This document shows, one piece after another, positions 37,701 through 50,808 of a stretch of 64,000 nucleotides of DNA. Under the pieces are notes generated by a model, which made no database searches, had not been told where the DNA came from, and was given only the letters and a program-made list of their open reading frames with translations. Each line of letters begins with the position of its first letter. Within the stretch, counting starts at the first letter, position 1. Origin of the DNA: Azolla caroliniana. Lineage: Eukaryota > Plantae > Polypodiophyta. Made by a program: the position numbers and the translations under genes. The stretch lies in contig JBHGNT010000003.1 of NCBI GenBank assembly GCA_043228905.1, positions 25,420,001 through 25,484,000 of the forward strand. Reading direction: 5' to 3'.

Positions 37701-40038
37701 TTATGCAACACTAGAAGCCATTGGTGTCCTTATAGATATGCTATGCAAATCTATGCAGTGTATGGATTCGTGTCAAGAAAAGTGCAGTCTCCCAATGGTT
37801 TCTCAGAGGCTGTGGCTAGCACAATTGGAGTAAAACAAGAATGCCCACTATCACCCACTCTCTTAGGTCTCCATATAGATATGGTATCACTTACATAGAG
37901 AGATTCAGGGGTTTGGGATCAGGCCTAGTGTGTATACCTATACAAATATTACTATATGCTGATGATATTGTGCTCATTTCTGACTCTTTGGAGGGACTAC
38001 AAATACATCTAAATGCCTTAAAAGTATTTTCCACAGACAAAGGTTTGTCGATAAACATGGATAAAACTAAAGTAATGACGAGAACAAGATCAGAAGTAGA
38101 AATCTTCTTGAGGGAAAGGAAAAGGTGACATACACACGCTCCAACACATACCCAGGAGTAATATTTACAAGGCCTAGGTTCTCCTTATGGAGGCTACTTT
38201 TGTCCAACTTTCTCATGGATATGCAGCCCTTAGTGCTCTCGAAAGACAATGTGCATATTTGCAGCTCCAAGAGCCACGAACTAAACTACGGCTATTTGAT
38301 ACACTTTGACACCAACTCTTTTCTATGGAGAAGAAACATGGGAACCGAGTGTTAACAAGTCAAATAACTAGAAATATTTAGAGAGACCTTTAGTCTCAAT
38401 GATTGTGCCCGCATGATAAGGAGCTAAGTATTGGTGCCCCGCGATATAATCTGGGCAGAGATGGGAGCAGCCCCTATAATTATCGAGGCATTCTTCTGAT
38501 CAGTCACATGTATCCAACGGCTTTGGGAGCTCCCTGAAGGAAGGTACTCGAAGTTGGCACTTATGTCATCAAAACAACTTGCTGAACATGAAGATATTCA
38601 TCGTTGGTATGCTGAAATGCAACAATGGTTCGAGTCACATTGCATAAGCATAAACGCATTATCCCTATACCAATATAGCTTGGATTGTCCCCATCTAAAC
38701 ATGAAGAAAGTGGAAAAGAATAGAGTGATCCAAACTTATATTTTTAACTTGGAAAACAAGATAATATGGATCCGCTCCAAAATATCACTTGGTAGGAAGA
38801 TAGCCCACTATAAGACACTTTTTACACACATTGGAGGATGGATTCAATCATCCAGCCATCTTATATGAACATACATCTATCCTAGGCGTTGTGTAGTGTG
38901 ATAGGGAAGCTGTAAACTTCATCACAACAGTTAGAGATTGAGGTAGGCAGATATGCATGAACACCATTATAAGAAATAATTTGCTAATTGTGTTATCAGG
39001 GAGGTGGAATCTGAAGAACACTATATTTGTCATTGTAGTGTTTTTTATGAAATACGAGGGAGATAATTGCCTCTTTAAGCAAGGCTTTGGCCCACCATGC
39101 AAGGTAATGGAATATGTGAACTGACAGTACTTGGGGCTTAAGACTGCTTCCTTGCATGGTGACATTAAGAAGAGCTATATACTTAATAGCCAGATGCTTT
39201 TGCAAGTCCTTGTAAGCACCATTTAGTATACATGCTCAAAGGGGAGTTTATATGAGCTAAAACAAGCTCCTAGACCAGTCGTACAAAATGTAAATGAAAC
39301 AGTACTCTTCATGCATCACATTCGTTTTCATCCTGCAACCGGATGGTTAAACATTACCCTTTAAATCTTTTTGAACGTGTCAAATGAAAGCTGTTATCTT
39401 CATGATCAACATTTTCGATGTATAATCTTACTACTACTATTACTATCCCTAAGAACCTACATTTTTCATGAGATCAGAACTACCCACACTAGCTACAAAA
39501 TCTGCTTCTGAACTCTTTTACATCTTTCATGGAGTGACACATTAATGATTGTTCCTGAGCACAATGTGTAATCCTTCATATAACATATCATTAGAAAAGT
39601 GGAAGTGGGAGAATAAATTCAGCAAGAAAAAAATTGCAGAGCAATAAAATTGGGGGGAGGGAAACACTAAACTCCAGGAAAAAGGAAATGCAAATAAAGA
39701 GTAAAATACGTAGAATCAAATATACAGAAAAACAAAATATGCATTTGTTTTACTATGCAAAAACAAATAAAGAATATGCAGGAAAACGAGACATTTACGC
39801 AGGAAGAAAAACAAATGCAGGAAGATAGACAGAAATATGCAGAAGACGGGAAATGGCAAAGATTACAGGAAATAGATTAAAGGAAAAAAGAGGCTTTGAC
39901 ATAGGGAGGGGGGAGAAGAACCTGAAGGAATTCTCGAGCTTTGAGAGCAGTGTTTCCTGCGATCTCCATGAAGGCCGCGATCTTTTCCTGTTCGTCGTAG
40001 TTGGGTCCTCCTCCTCCTCCATCGTCATCGCCTACCAT
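31792..40038 (-). CDS. PUX7: Plant UBX domain-containing protein, PUX7/UBXN7-like (UBA-like, UAS, UIM, UBX), 459 aa
   Basis: Exons 40038-39922, 34524-34388, 34268-34194, 34110-33921, 33840-33763, 33679-33611, 33468-33325, 32716-32608, 32500-32211 and 31962-31792 total 1380 nt in frame. Motifs: FMEI...FLQATGWQLEEAIQLF, VRPPLPVKREALY, LAALYRPP, WLLVNVQ...LNRDTW, DEELKLALAAS (UIM), VRFPDGSRGQRRF (UBX). Confidence 0.93.
35330..39200 (+). mobile_element. Decayed near full-length LINE inside PUX intron 1, antisense to host
   Basis: ORF1-like segment (IDLDDNLTPTQ, ~35790) and APE-like start (IWICHG...DIAMYIET, ~35965-36060). RT motifs YRTIMI, YCCFVNFQKAFDLVP, GVKQECPLSPTL and QILLYADDIVLIS...SINMDKTKVM (37450-38080). 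C-terminal Cys/His motif C-x-L-C...EVESEEHYICHC (~38980-39040). Many stops and frameshifts; ends not resolved. Confidence 0.9.
36817..36962. repeat. Three tandem copies of a 47-50-bp unit inside the LINE
   Basis: cccaayagtcacttaattaggttcacactattctaactatgttcaca starts at 36817, 36867 and 36914 (third copy more diverged). Confidence 0.9.
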
Positions 40039-40094
40039 AGCCACGGCTGCTCAGAGATGGATAATCTGATAACCAAAATGGCTTTTGCTTTTCT

Positions 40095-40220
40095 GCCTTC
40101 TTCTTCTTCTTCTTCTTCTTCTTCTTCTTCTTCTTCTGTCTTCCTTTCTTCCCTTCCTTCTGCATTTCCTGTTTTCCTTTTTTTTTTCTCTTGCATATTA
40201 TTATTATTATTATTATTAAT
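40095..40220. repeat. (TTC)n and (ATT)n microsatellites upstream of PUX
   Basis: Directly visible; they explain spurious ORF 39853-40365. Confidence 0.9.
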
Positions 40221-42075
40221 TTATTATTCTTGTTTTAATTTAATTTTCTTTCTTTTCTTACTTATTTTTGTTTTCTCCTTCATCCTTATTTTTGCACTCC
40301 TTTTTATTTTTATTTTTACTTATTTTTCTTTCTTATTCGTTTCGGATTCTTATTTTTCTTTTTAATTTCTCCTTTTTCTTATTATATCAATGTTATTTTC
40401 TGTGATTTTATTTCACTGTTAATTCTCCTTTTTTCTCATCACCCTCTCTTAGCTTTTCGTTATTTTCCACGAATGCCCTTACTCAAGCCCCTCAAGGAGA
40501 GAAGTCGGCCCTCAAACTCCTAAACAAAACCAGATCTCGATGAGAAAAGGAAATTAGAATGAATCGACCCCTCTGACTGTCGAATGGCAACCATCTCGAG
40601 ATGGGGCTACTAAATGGTAACTTTTTTAAGGTTATAGTAACTTTATGTATGGATGAGGCCCAACACCCTTGCTCTTGCTCTTGCTCATGAGGTTTGTGTG
40701 TGTTTCCATCTTGACAAAAACCAATGCCAATTGGGGGGTTTGGCCCATTGTACCTTCTTGCATGTTGAACAACATATGATGCCAATGATCGACTTCGCAT
40801 ATTGTAGGAGTTGAATATGATCAAAATTTCATCCAGATTTTCCAATAATGTCTATTTATTGATGAGTAGATTCTTCGCTTTTATGTCCCACATCTCTTAT
40901 GAAATTTCATGTATAGAATTAGGAAATCACTTTCATACTTGATTTTAGTCATGTTTTTAATTGTTTTCAATGCCACATTATCCCTTGGCAATTTTACATA
41001 TAAAAAAAAACAAAGGTAAATAGTAAAAGGGCAATTCAAAATATTGTTTTCATGATGCAATGCTATAAAACTATGCATAAATTCCAAGATATCATCTTTG
41101 GAAGTTTGGGAGGTTTGGTATCTCATCTTAGTGACCAAAAAAGAATCTAGAATATAGAAAGAATAAGAATAAGATCTCCTCAATGACTAATATGCCAACT
41201 TTCAATCAAAGTTTCCTCAATACAGTGGCTGCTCCTAACTAGAGATATTGCCTTACTTTTTTCCTTTAATTCTCTTTCTATGTTGCAAGGAAAGATTCAC
41301 AAAATATAGAAATCAAAATCCAATCACTTCGAATGGTGAAACATGATTTCATAATCTGTATCCTATAACTTTGCATGAATCAAGATTTGCTTCTTAATTT
41401 CAAACTTGTGCCCTTTACCATGTGCTTACATGTACACATTGTCATTCATTCACACGATTTCTTGAATTTCAGTGTTGTATCATTATGACCACATTATGTT
41501 GTGGGACCAAAACTTCATTTATATGTGGCCAAATCAGTACAATCCACTTTTGGGAAAGAATGAAGGTCATCTTTAGGTCCACCAGATGGCAACGGGGCCA
41601 ACGGTTTGCACCTCTAGAGAGCATATCAATACAATCCACTTTTGCGAAAGAAATTCATATTTCCACCAAATGTTAGTGGGACCATAAAATGATGCACTTA
41701 GTGACCAAATTAATACAACCCACTTAGGAGAGAAAAGAAAGTCACATTTATGTTCGCAGAATGCGAGTGGAACCAAAAGCCAATACACTCGTGACAAATT
41801 AATACACCAGATTCGGGGAATGTGATTATTTAGGCACATTCAATCGTTCGGAGTGTTATACATGGAACTCTAATTTTACATGTGTGCAAGACTCAGAAAT
41901 ACTGAAGTTAGTTCAAGCTTAACGATACAGTCCAATACAAAGAATACAAAGGAAGTAAAATGCTCTTTTACTCCTTTCTTCAAGAAAGGCAATGATGTGC
42001 ATGATCTCAAAAAGAGAAAAAAAAAAGCATTACTTGGTGTAATCTCCTATTGATGTATTCAATTCAAAACTGGCA

Positions 42076-45000
42076 TCATTGCCTGGAGTATCGATCAACA
42101 AATGGCTTGATTTTATCCGGGGCAAAATATCTTGCCTAGAAAGACAAGAAAATATGTTATTTGTCATACTTGTGCATAAATATTAGCGAAACACGTCAAT
42201 ATACTTACCCTTCAGCATGCTTATGAAAATAACCCTAGTTAGAAATTGACTTTTTGCATAATTACCAGGATATCCACTGTTTTCGGAAATTGCCATGCAG
42301 TGCTTACTAACCTTAATTAGAACTTAAGCTATGATTGTAATTTTACAATCTTGAAGAATATCATGATTTTTTTTTTCAAATAGAATATTGAGGTAAATAT
42401 GCCAAATGTCAAGGGTATGATGTTGTTTTCCCCCCAATATTATATACCTGTATAAACATTCGATCCGCCTCGCCTGTTTGGCCTTGATCTTTTAGAAGGA
42501 TACCCTGAATCGCAATCAATGAAATCAAACCCATCATTTATAAGCCAGTTTTAGAAATTATTGCCAGACCTGATTAAATAGACATGTTTTTGTTTTGTCA
42601 CCCACTTCAACAAGTAAAGATAAGCCATTGTATTCTTTGTTAGGTCTCATATGCAACAATTACAATCCTTTCGAGGAATTCATATAGATTTCTTTCTACT
42701 GAATATGGTGCAAGTATATGAGATTCCATATATACCTTTGCTAAATAACCCTGAAAATCCTCTGGGTAGCTTTTGATGAGTGAATCATAAACAGCAACTG
42801 CATCGCTTACATGACCCCATTCTGCATATGTTTTGCCAAGTAGTAGTCCAATCTTCATGGAAACGGGAGAAAAAGCAGTTCAAGACATTGTCAAAACTTC
42901 ATAGTATACACTCAATCTTCATGGAAACGGGAGAAAAAGCAGTTCAAGACATTGTCAAAACTTCATAGTATACACTGAATTTTAAACATTACCTGCTTTA
43001 TAATCACTATATCATCTTGATCTTTCATGTTTGAAGCATCTCGGTTTGATGATGTCAGGAGATCCCTTTTTTCAATCAGTTCTTTGACAGCCTATACCCA
43101 ACAAGAGAAAAATAGAGTTTGAGTTTCCAATAACTGCGTTCCTTCTTAGGAAATGAGTATTCCAACACAATTAAACCATGTTCCACTAATACATTGAAGA
43201 CTCAGAGGGCGAAGTAAATGCTATTTTAACACCATCAAAACGGAGAAGATGAGCTGTGAGATTGCACATTCATGTGAGTTCAGGCATATTACATCTAAAG
43301 CGTGGGAGTAGATAGGCTATATATATAATCAGGAGTCCAAGCCTTTGGGATCATTTCTAATGTATTTGTGTTTGTAAATGTGTAAATATCGGTTACCTAA
43401 ATATTTCTAGATGTCTAGCTCTTGCTCTGTGAAATATTTTGCACATCCCTATGACTTGCATTCATAACATTAATGCAAATCTTCTTCATCGACTGCGCCA
43501 CAATATCTAAGGCACTACGAATGACCATGGGGTATTGTCTACCATCAAATTCGGATCTACATCTTAATCGAGGCCTTTCATTGTTCTGTCACTGATTGCT
43601 ACTGATCATGCACTTAATCACTCACATAATTCACCTATGAAATCATCCATGTATAGATGACAATGTTCTTTAGTCAAAAATTACAATATGTCTGACTCGA
43701 GAATCTTACATGTATAGATGACAATATTCTTTAGTCAAGTCTTATTCTATTTCTATTTACTTTTTCTCTTACTTAGTTACACTTATTTTGTTTGTTGTTC
43801 TCAAAGAAGAGACAACATTTTCAGATGTAATCTCTTGTTCAGTCGAATGGACCATTTTGGCCTCTTAAAAGACATTAATATATCTTTCTTCAAGTTTATT
43901 CTTACCTCTGTTTGTTTTCCTTGTGAAACCAAAGCTTCAACATAACCCTTCAGCAGTGTGATACTTCTAGGGGACACCTGTGCTTAATTGTTCCAAAAAA
44001 GAATAGTAAAAATTTATTTGACTCGGTCAATCATAAACTATCCTTTTAGAACTCTGAAGAATAGAGCGAGGAACAGAAAAAATCCTCCATGTTGATGATA
44101 ATCAAATTTATAAATCTCGCCATGAAGAGCACAAAATAAAGCTAACAATTGCCCAAATCTGATGATGAGTAGAGTCCAACTTTATTTAGAGCCAGAAAGA
44201 ACTCGCAATGAATCCCATAAGCCTTTAAACTTGAAAAACAAAATAGTTCTTCTTTCCACAAGGTGAAAAATAGTTCTTACACCATCACGAAGTGTTTATT
44301 AGAACTTAGGACAGAGATAAACAAACCAAAAGACTCACTTGCATAGCTTGCCTGAATGTGGCAACACTGTCTTCAGATTTTCCCAAAGCACTCTGTACTT
44401 CACCCAGAAGCCGTAAGGCTTCCACATCTGTAGGCCTTGCCTGCAATTTTGTCTCTACATATCAGTTTTTTCAGTATTTTTAATATGATACTCAAGATTC
44501 CACATTGCTACTGGTATGATAGTTTCCACATCATTTTCTTCAGAATTGAAAACATAAACCGTATAGCACATAATAAACATGTAATAACAGATTCCATTTA
44601 GGTATTTTTTAAGTAAAGAGGAGAGGAGGAAGCTGAGGATAACTTTTTACGATTCAATGGCCGCCCACAGACAGTTGAAGTGACAATATGGAGTATTCTA
44701 AATCCAGCATACAAAAGATCATTTTGATCAGCCAGTAAAGATCAACATGACCAACATTAGAATCCTTTCCGATTCGTACTTCCATTATCCCTATTCATGT
44801 TCCTTCATTTTCAAGATACGTAGCACAAATAATACTTATTGTTATCTTTTCAAAAAAAATCTTGGTCCAACACTGAGATCTACTTGCACAGGTCATGGTT
44901 GTAGCTATCAAATGATCCAACACTGACATCTACTTGCACAGGTTATGGTTGTCAAGATAAAATACGAGGGCCAAACATCAAATGATCTTCTTTCAATAAC

Positions 45001-48000
45001 TTACTGAAGATAAGTGAACACTTACTAATGCTGGGATCCTGTTGACAAAATCATACCCTAGCATTTATGGAGAGTCAAATGAATAGATTAAAATAATATT
45101 AATGGCCTAATGTAAAATATAATGAGTATCTCAGAACAAATTGAATACATATCAGTTTTGACATGAGTAAAAACTCATTCATAGAAGTTACAAAAATTAA
45201 ACCATAGAACTAACATAAATAAGTACATTTCGAAGTCCAAAACATGTGCTGTGCATAGTTTCCTTGTTCACAATTTGGAAATAAATTATAAACAGAACAT
45301 AACTATTAGAGCAATGTAAAGTTATTACAAAGCAAGTACACATAATATAGGTCTGAAATTTATAATGGATATAAGTGCGCATTTTAAGGGAAGAGAAAAG
45401 TTCTAAGTGAGAAGACACATGCATGCATGCATGCATGCATGCCTGTTCTATGGTAGAACTTCAGATACCTCGATAAGGCGGCGTAGCAAAGTTTCTGATT
45501 CCGAGAATTCACCTAATTCTGCATTAGTAACAGCTGCTCCCTGCAAAATATAAACAAAAAGTTCTACTTACTGATTCAAGTGTCAAGCAACTGCATGTCT
45601 ATCATCACTATAAATTAATCGGTTGAAAGAACCAAACAGTTCCATGGCCTGTGTAGGTATGGATATGACCTGGTTTTGGTATCACATAAATTCATGAAGT
45701 GTCCTGTACCTAGTTACTAGAATGATTCCTGAGAGTGTATTAAGCTGCACATTTATTCTTTTTTCATGACAGGGATAGACTCTCAAAATTAGAATTGGAT
45801 GTAACCTTGAGAGTGAACTCATAGCATGAGGCAAAACCTCTCCCATAGAACCTAAACCTTGCAGCAGACCATTTTACCCACAGATACAATGAGTTCCAAA
45901 TCTTGTCCTTAGAATGAAGATGTGAGTCTCATAGACCTGCAATCACTATTTGAAAAGAGAGGCTGTCCAGGTATATGATTGATGACTATAGACACTCTTA
46001 GGGAATTAAGACAAATTTGCATACACTTGTATGTGATTGCTACGGTCACAAATCATATGATATCACATCAACTACTGAATATACAAGTAGATCAAGCTCT
46101 AGCTGTCCTTACCAATGAGTTTCATTTATTCTGCATCCTTCACTTCCACAATATCATATTCCATGTTAAGGTTCAGGGGTACACCAAATCCACAGAGACT
46201 TGAGGACAAAACTTGAAGGTGGCTAAATTTATAATGGGGCATATAGGTAGTACCTATAAAGCTTTATACCCACCAAAAATAAATAAAATTATAAAGCTTT
46301 ATATAAATGCAAAAGGGATATAGTTGTAATTATATTAAATATGGAAGAATTATCGAGGTGAAACTATAACCTTTTGTAAGGGCTATTCCTCATTATCCTC
46401 CCTAGAGCCCAACCTTAAGCTTCCCTCTCTCTCCTTAATCAGTTTTCCCAATCTAAAGCCCTTTGAGCACTTGTACAAATAACAAACTTGTATTTGCATA
46501 TTGGAAAACGTCGTCAAAGTCTCATGTGTTCAGTATACAGTTCGGTTTCAGCTTAACCGATTTGGCCTTTTCCAAACCAAACTGGTTAAGCCTTAACAAG
46601 TTTGGGAGTTTTCAAACTGGAACCAAACCGATTTCTAAACCGGTTAAGCATAAACTGGTTTAGCCAAACCAATTACGCCTTAGTCGGTTTGGCTCAAACC
46701 GGTTCGGTTCGGCTTGATCCATCCCAAACCAAGCTCAAGCCTGAACCAAGCAAACCAAACTCTAAAACAGTTTAACGGCTCGGTTCAGGCTTGAGCTATT
46801 GATTATGTGAATGTGCTTAGGTCAGTTTTGTAATGAGCTCAATCTCATGAAACTAGGTCTTCAAATCTTTTTTAGTATCTACCTTAGTCCCTTGAGAGAT
46901 TGTGCTTCTCAATATACATACATACGTAGATCTATTTTTGTATATAAGATCATTAAAGTTCTCCTCGTGTTATCTTGTAGTCCATGTGGTTATACCCAGC
47001 TGGGACTTAATTTATCATACAAACCCCATGGTTTTATGGATGAACTTTCTCAGTGTCCCAAACAGCATATAGAAGTTGCATTTTCTTCCCAGTTTACATG
47101 GATTCACTGCATTCTACAGGGATCTAAAATCCTCACCATGGCAATCATAAGGCCTTGTCAGGGAGAGGAGTGATACGCATATGTGAAGAAAACATTATCA
47201 AAGACATTTACATGCATAAGCTGAAACGCAAGTAGGACTAAGGTGCTTTCTGTGTGAAGTTCTTGTGCCAATATGATGGCTTAAGTTGATCATTGTTTCC
47301 ATTACAAACAATGCACCCAGTACAATAATGATACTGTGCCCTAGGAGCCATTAGACTATCTATTTAAATAAAAAGTTTAAAATTTGAAGGTCTATACCTC
47401 AAGAGCATCCAGATCATCAGGGTGGATTTTCAAAATGGCTACAAAACCTTGTAGTTGTTCCTGCATCAGCAATAACTTAAAATTTACCTTGAGAACAAAG
47501 AGCCATTGGCCAAAAACATTATCAAACAAATTAATCTTATCCTTTTATTCTTTATGTTTTGGTGTTTCATTAATTCAACGCTAAGTGGGAAGACAGATGT
47601 TTCTTTTACAAGTACTGATTTGAAGTATCACGGGAAATACATTAGGCTTAGAGCAAAGTTACGGAAGACAGATGTTTCCTTTACAAGTACATTTTTGAAG
47701 TATCACGGGGAAGACATTAGGCTTAGAAAGTGATAGGTGCAGAGTGTTGCTCTTAAGTAGCACGAATAGCAAATGATGATGTTGGGATGGTATTGGTGGT
47801 GAAGGCTTTGCAAGAAAAGTGGGTAGACAAGAAAAAGTTAAAGTTGCAAAGTAGGTGTTAAGTCAGGGAACCTGTCAACAAAAATTCATTGGACAAACAC
47901 AGCAGATGGAGGAACTAGAAAAGTTAGTGAGATCATCCATTAAATATTCCTCAATATATAGAAACCATAAATTAAAAGATTCATCAGAGTGGAAATTTAC

Positions 48001-50808
48001 CTTCAACAATCTTGTAGATTCATCAGAGTTTTGTTTTCCAGGGCTAGCTATGTTTTCTTTCTGCACATTTGATCTACATCAAAGTGCTCCTAGCCATTAT
48101 TACTCAACAAGAATCGGTATATCACCAGGAGTAAATACGTGAAAAAGCCAACAAACTACAAGTTCGAAATTATCTCTAATAACTCACCCTTGATAAGGTA
48201 TAAGATCACCAAACGCAAAAATCAGGCCAAAAATTACCACTCCAAGCCCTATGCCAACCTGCAATAATAATAATAATCAGTAAATGGTATCACAAGAATG
48301 AATGCAGTAAGCAAGTCCATGCACACACATCTCCCTCGATGAGATGAAAGTACTCACCCAACTGATTGCATGGTCACACTCGCATGTACATACACACCAT
48401 ATGTGAGAACATAGCATGTTTGTATAAGTGTAAGTACATACATGTTATGTATGATATGCATGCATATATGAACACATTGGATCTATTAACATATAAATAT
48501 TCGCATACATGCATAGAACGTAATAAACGTGTTCGTGCAAGCATTCAAATGTTTGAAAGCGAACACGTTTGGAAAGGGGAAAATGTATCCTCCTTTTTTT
48601 TCCTTTTTTTCATTTATTATCATTACAAATCAGTTCACCCTAGTGGTAGGTTGTCATGCTTTTGCTGTCTATGTCTTGAGTTAAATTCCCAATTTTCTCA
48701 TCTCATATCATAACAAAATTTTATGTTAGTGTCATTTTTCTTTTTTTCTTTTTTTTCTTTCCTTACTATTAGTAATTAGTTCAACCTAGTGATGAGTTGT
48801 TATGCTATTATTGCTTATGTCTTGGGTTCAATTCCCCATTTTCTCATATCCAATCGTTAGTGTCATGTCATGGCAAAATTTTATGTTCGTGTCATGTTCC
48901 TTTTCTTTCTTTCTTTGTTATTAGAAATTAGCTCACCCTAGTGGTAAGTTGTTATGCTACTACTGCCTATGTCATGTTTTCTTCATATTCTCGAATATAC
49001 GTTTTATGAGTTTTTGAACGTTTGATTATAATTTATAATGACATATTTTGATTCAATCTCTGTAGTTCATACTCATTTCGTTGTAAAGTTCTAGAGTGAG
49101 AAGGATAGAGACATCTTGATTCTTAAGAAGCTTTCCAAAGGTATGCATGTGATACAATGCAAATATTGTAACCATACTTATGTTGGTGGTTCACAATGGA
49201 TTAGAGTCCACTTATTGGGATTGAGAGTGAATCAATATATAATATAGACCATAATCAATCCAATCCAACTTCGAGATGATTTACCATACACGTTTGATTG
49301 AATCATTCTCAAATGTGAATGCACGTATGATACGTATGGTTCATTCTATGCATACATGGATATGTTCATACAGGCATGTGCAAATAACTGTACAAATTAT
49401 AATGTGTATATATGCATGAATTCCATATGTTTATGAGAACTTACTTTTACTGGGAAGCTGACAGTCTCTGAGTCTGGTTTGGAGGGAGGAGAATCATAGT
49501 CTATTGGACCAAACGATTTTCTTTGTTCTAGTCTTCTCTTTTCTTCACCAGCTCTTAACATGCAAAATTGTACTCAAAAGTTAAGCCTTCTTCAATGAGT
49601 CAGTCAAAAAATAATCCCACAAAAATAAGGTCATCACTATGAACACATTTGAAATGCTTTCTCCATAAGAAAACACATCAGAATTGTACACATGATTTCC
49701 AATCAATTCATAATCATGAGCATCACTACAAAACCAGTGGCTTTTTGACACAGAAGGAAAAAACTAAAACAAAAAATATTAGTCCTTCCAACACCTTTTA
49801 ATCTCATCTAGCCGCTTCTCGAAATTGTCCGTTCCAGCATCCTTCTCCTGTCGCTGCACATTTGATGCAAACTTTGGAGCAACAACTTTACCTAAATCAC
49901 AGCATATTGCAGGGAATTCAGCAAACACAAAAAATCAAAATCAAAATGCAAAGAAGGGAATAAAGACAACAAACACTACCAGCTGACATGGTTTTATCTT
50001 GGTCGTCCGATTCTGCTCCTTGACCAACATCCTTAAATTTGAAACAATAAATTTATAAAGACATTTAAACAGGAACAAGAGTCTGTACACAAATATGAAA
50101 TGTAGGGGGGGTCCTTATAGAAGAAAATAGATCACACATCATTGAAGCTTGCTATTAGTGCAGTATTCCCACTTACAAGTATATACCGATGTGCGTAAGT
50201 AGATGTCTACATACATCATTTCTGCCTGGGTAGGTAAGCCATACGTGAGTACGTGCATAAGTCATATGTGTGTACTCAGGTACATACATATATGCATGTG
50301 TATGTACATATTACAAGCATACATACCTGCCTACCTACATGCATACATGCAATACATATCTGTTGAATGAATGGATGTATTATATGTATGAAAACAATAT
50401 TGATTGATTTAGATGCAATAATGATTATGTGTTTGCCGAAATTAGAGCCTCACTGAGGATTTGGAAAATTTGACACACTATGAGATGTGGATAAAGACAA
50501 AGTAGCTATACCTTACCTTGTTGTTGTTGCTTCTTGGTTTAAAACCTTGAGATGATGCTCGGAAAGAATATTTCCAATCTGCTATCTTACGCTTCAAAAA
50601 GAATGGTCTTGTGTGCGAAATAGACCTAAACTGAAACAAAGAAGAATAACAACGCTTAGGAAACTTTCCTCTGTAATATACACACATACATATATACATA
50701 GACACATAATACATATACACATGGAGAGAGAGAGAGAGAGAGAGAGATCAACCTGAGAAGGATAAGAAACCGCACAATTGACCATAGAAATGGTGAGGAA
50801 AGAGCCAT
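42076..50808 (-). CDS. TPR-repeat protein with probable plastid transit peptide and one transmembrane segment (Arabidopsis AT1G78915-like), 417 aa
   Basis: 15 exons (50808-50753, 50670-50517, 50031-49980, 49891-49795, 49553-49445, 48258-48188, 48073-48001, 47460-47398, 45540-45469, 44440-44339, 43977-43906, 43091-42993, 42852-42736, 42504-42448, 42135-42076) total 1254 nt in frame. Motifs: FEKRLDEIKR, FGPIDYD, TM VGIGLGVVIFGLIFAFGD, TPR helices, LLLGKTYAEWGHVSDAVAVYD, C-terminal MFIQARYFAP...VDRYS. Family assignment is from recall; the first exon is least certain. Confidence 0.88.
42849..42976. repeat. Perfect 64-bp tandem duplication spanning a splice acceptor of the TPR gene
   Basis: caatcttcatggaaacgggag...catagtatacact occurs at 42849-42912 and 42913-42976, and the copies are identical. 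Confidence 0.95.
46520..46800. mobile_element. AACCG/CGGTT-rich non-autonomous DNA-transposon-like relic in TPR intron 8
   Basis: Dense AAACCG/CGGTT/AAACC motifs in both orientations form a CpG-rich patch within an AT-rich intron. TIRs and TSD not resolved. Confidence 0.45.
48620..49250 (+). mobile_element. hAT-like transposon relic with BED zinc-finger fragment and ~150-bp degenerate repeats in TPR intron 5
   Basis: 49143-49247 reads MHVIQCKYCNHTYVGGSQWIRVHLLGLR, matching the CxxC...GG..RI..HL.G pattern of hAT BED fingers. Three degenerate copies of agytcamcctagtgrtrrgttgtyatgct lie at ~48632, 48778 and 48930. Confidence 0.6.

Noticed and set aside
39853-40365. 170-aa hydrophobic ORF resembling a membrane protein
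   Set aside because: It is antisense to PUX exon 1 and runs through (TTC)n/(ATT)n and T-rich promoter sequence.
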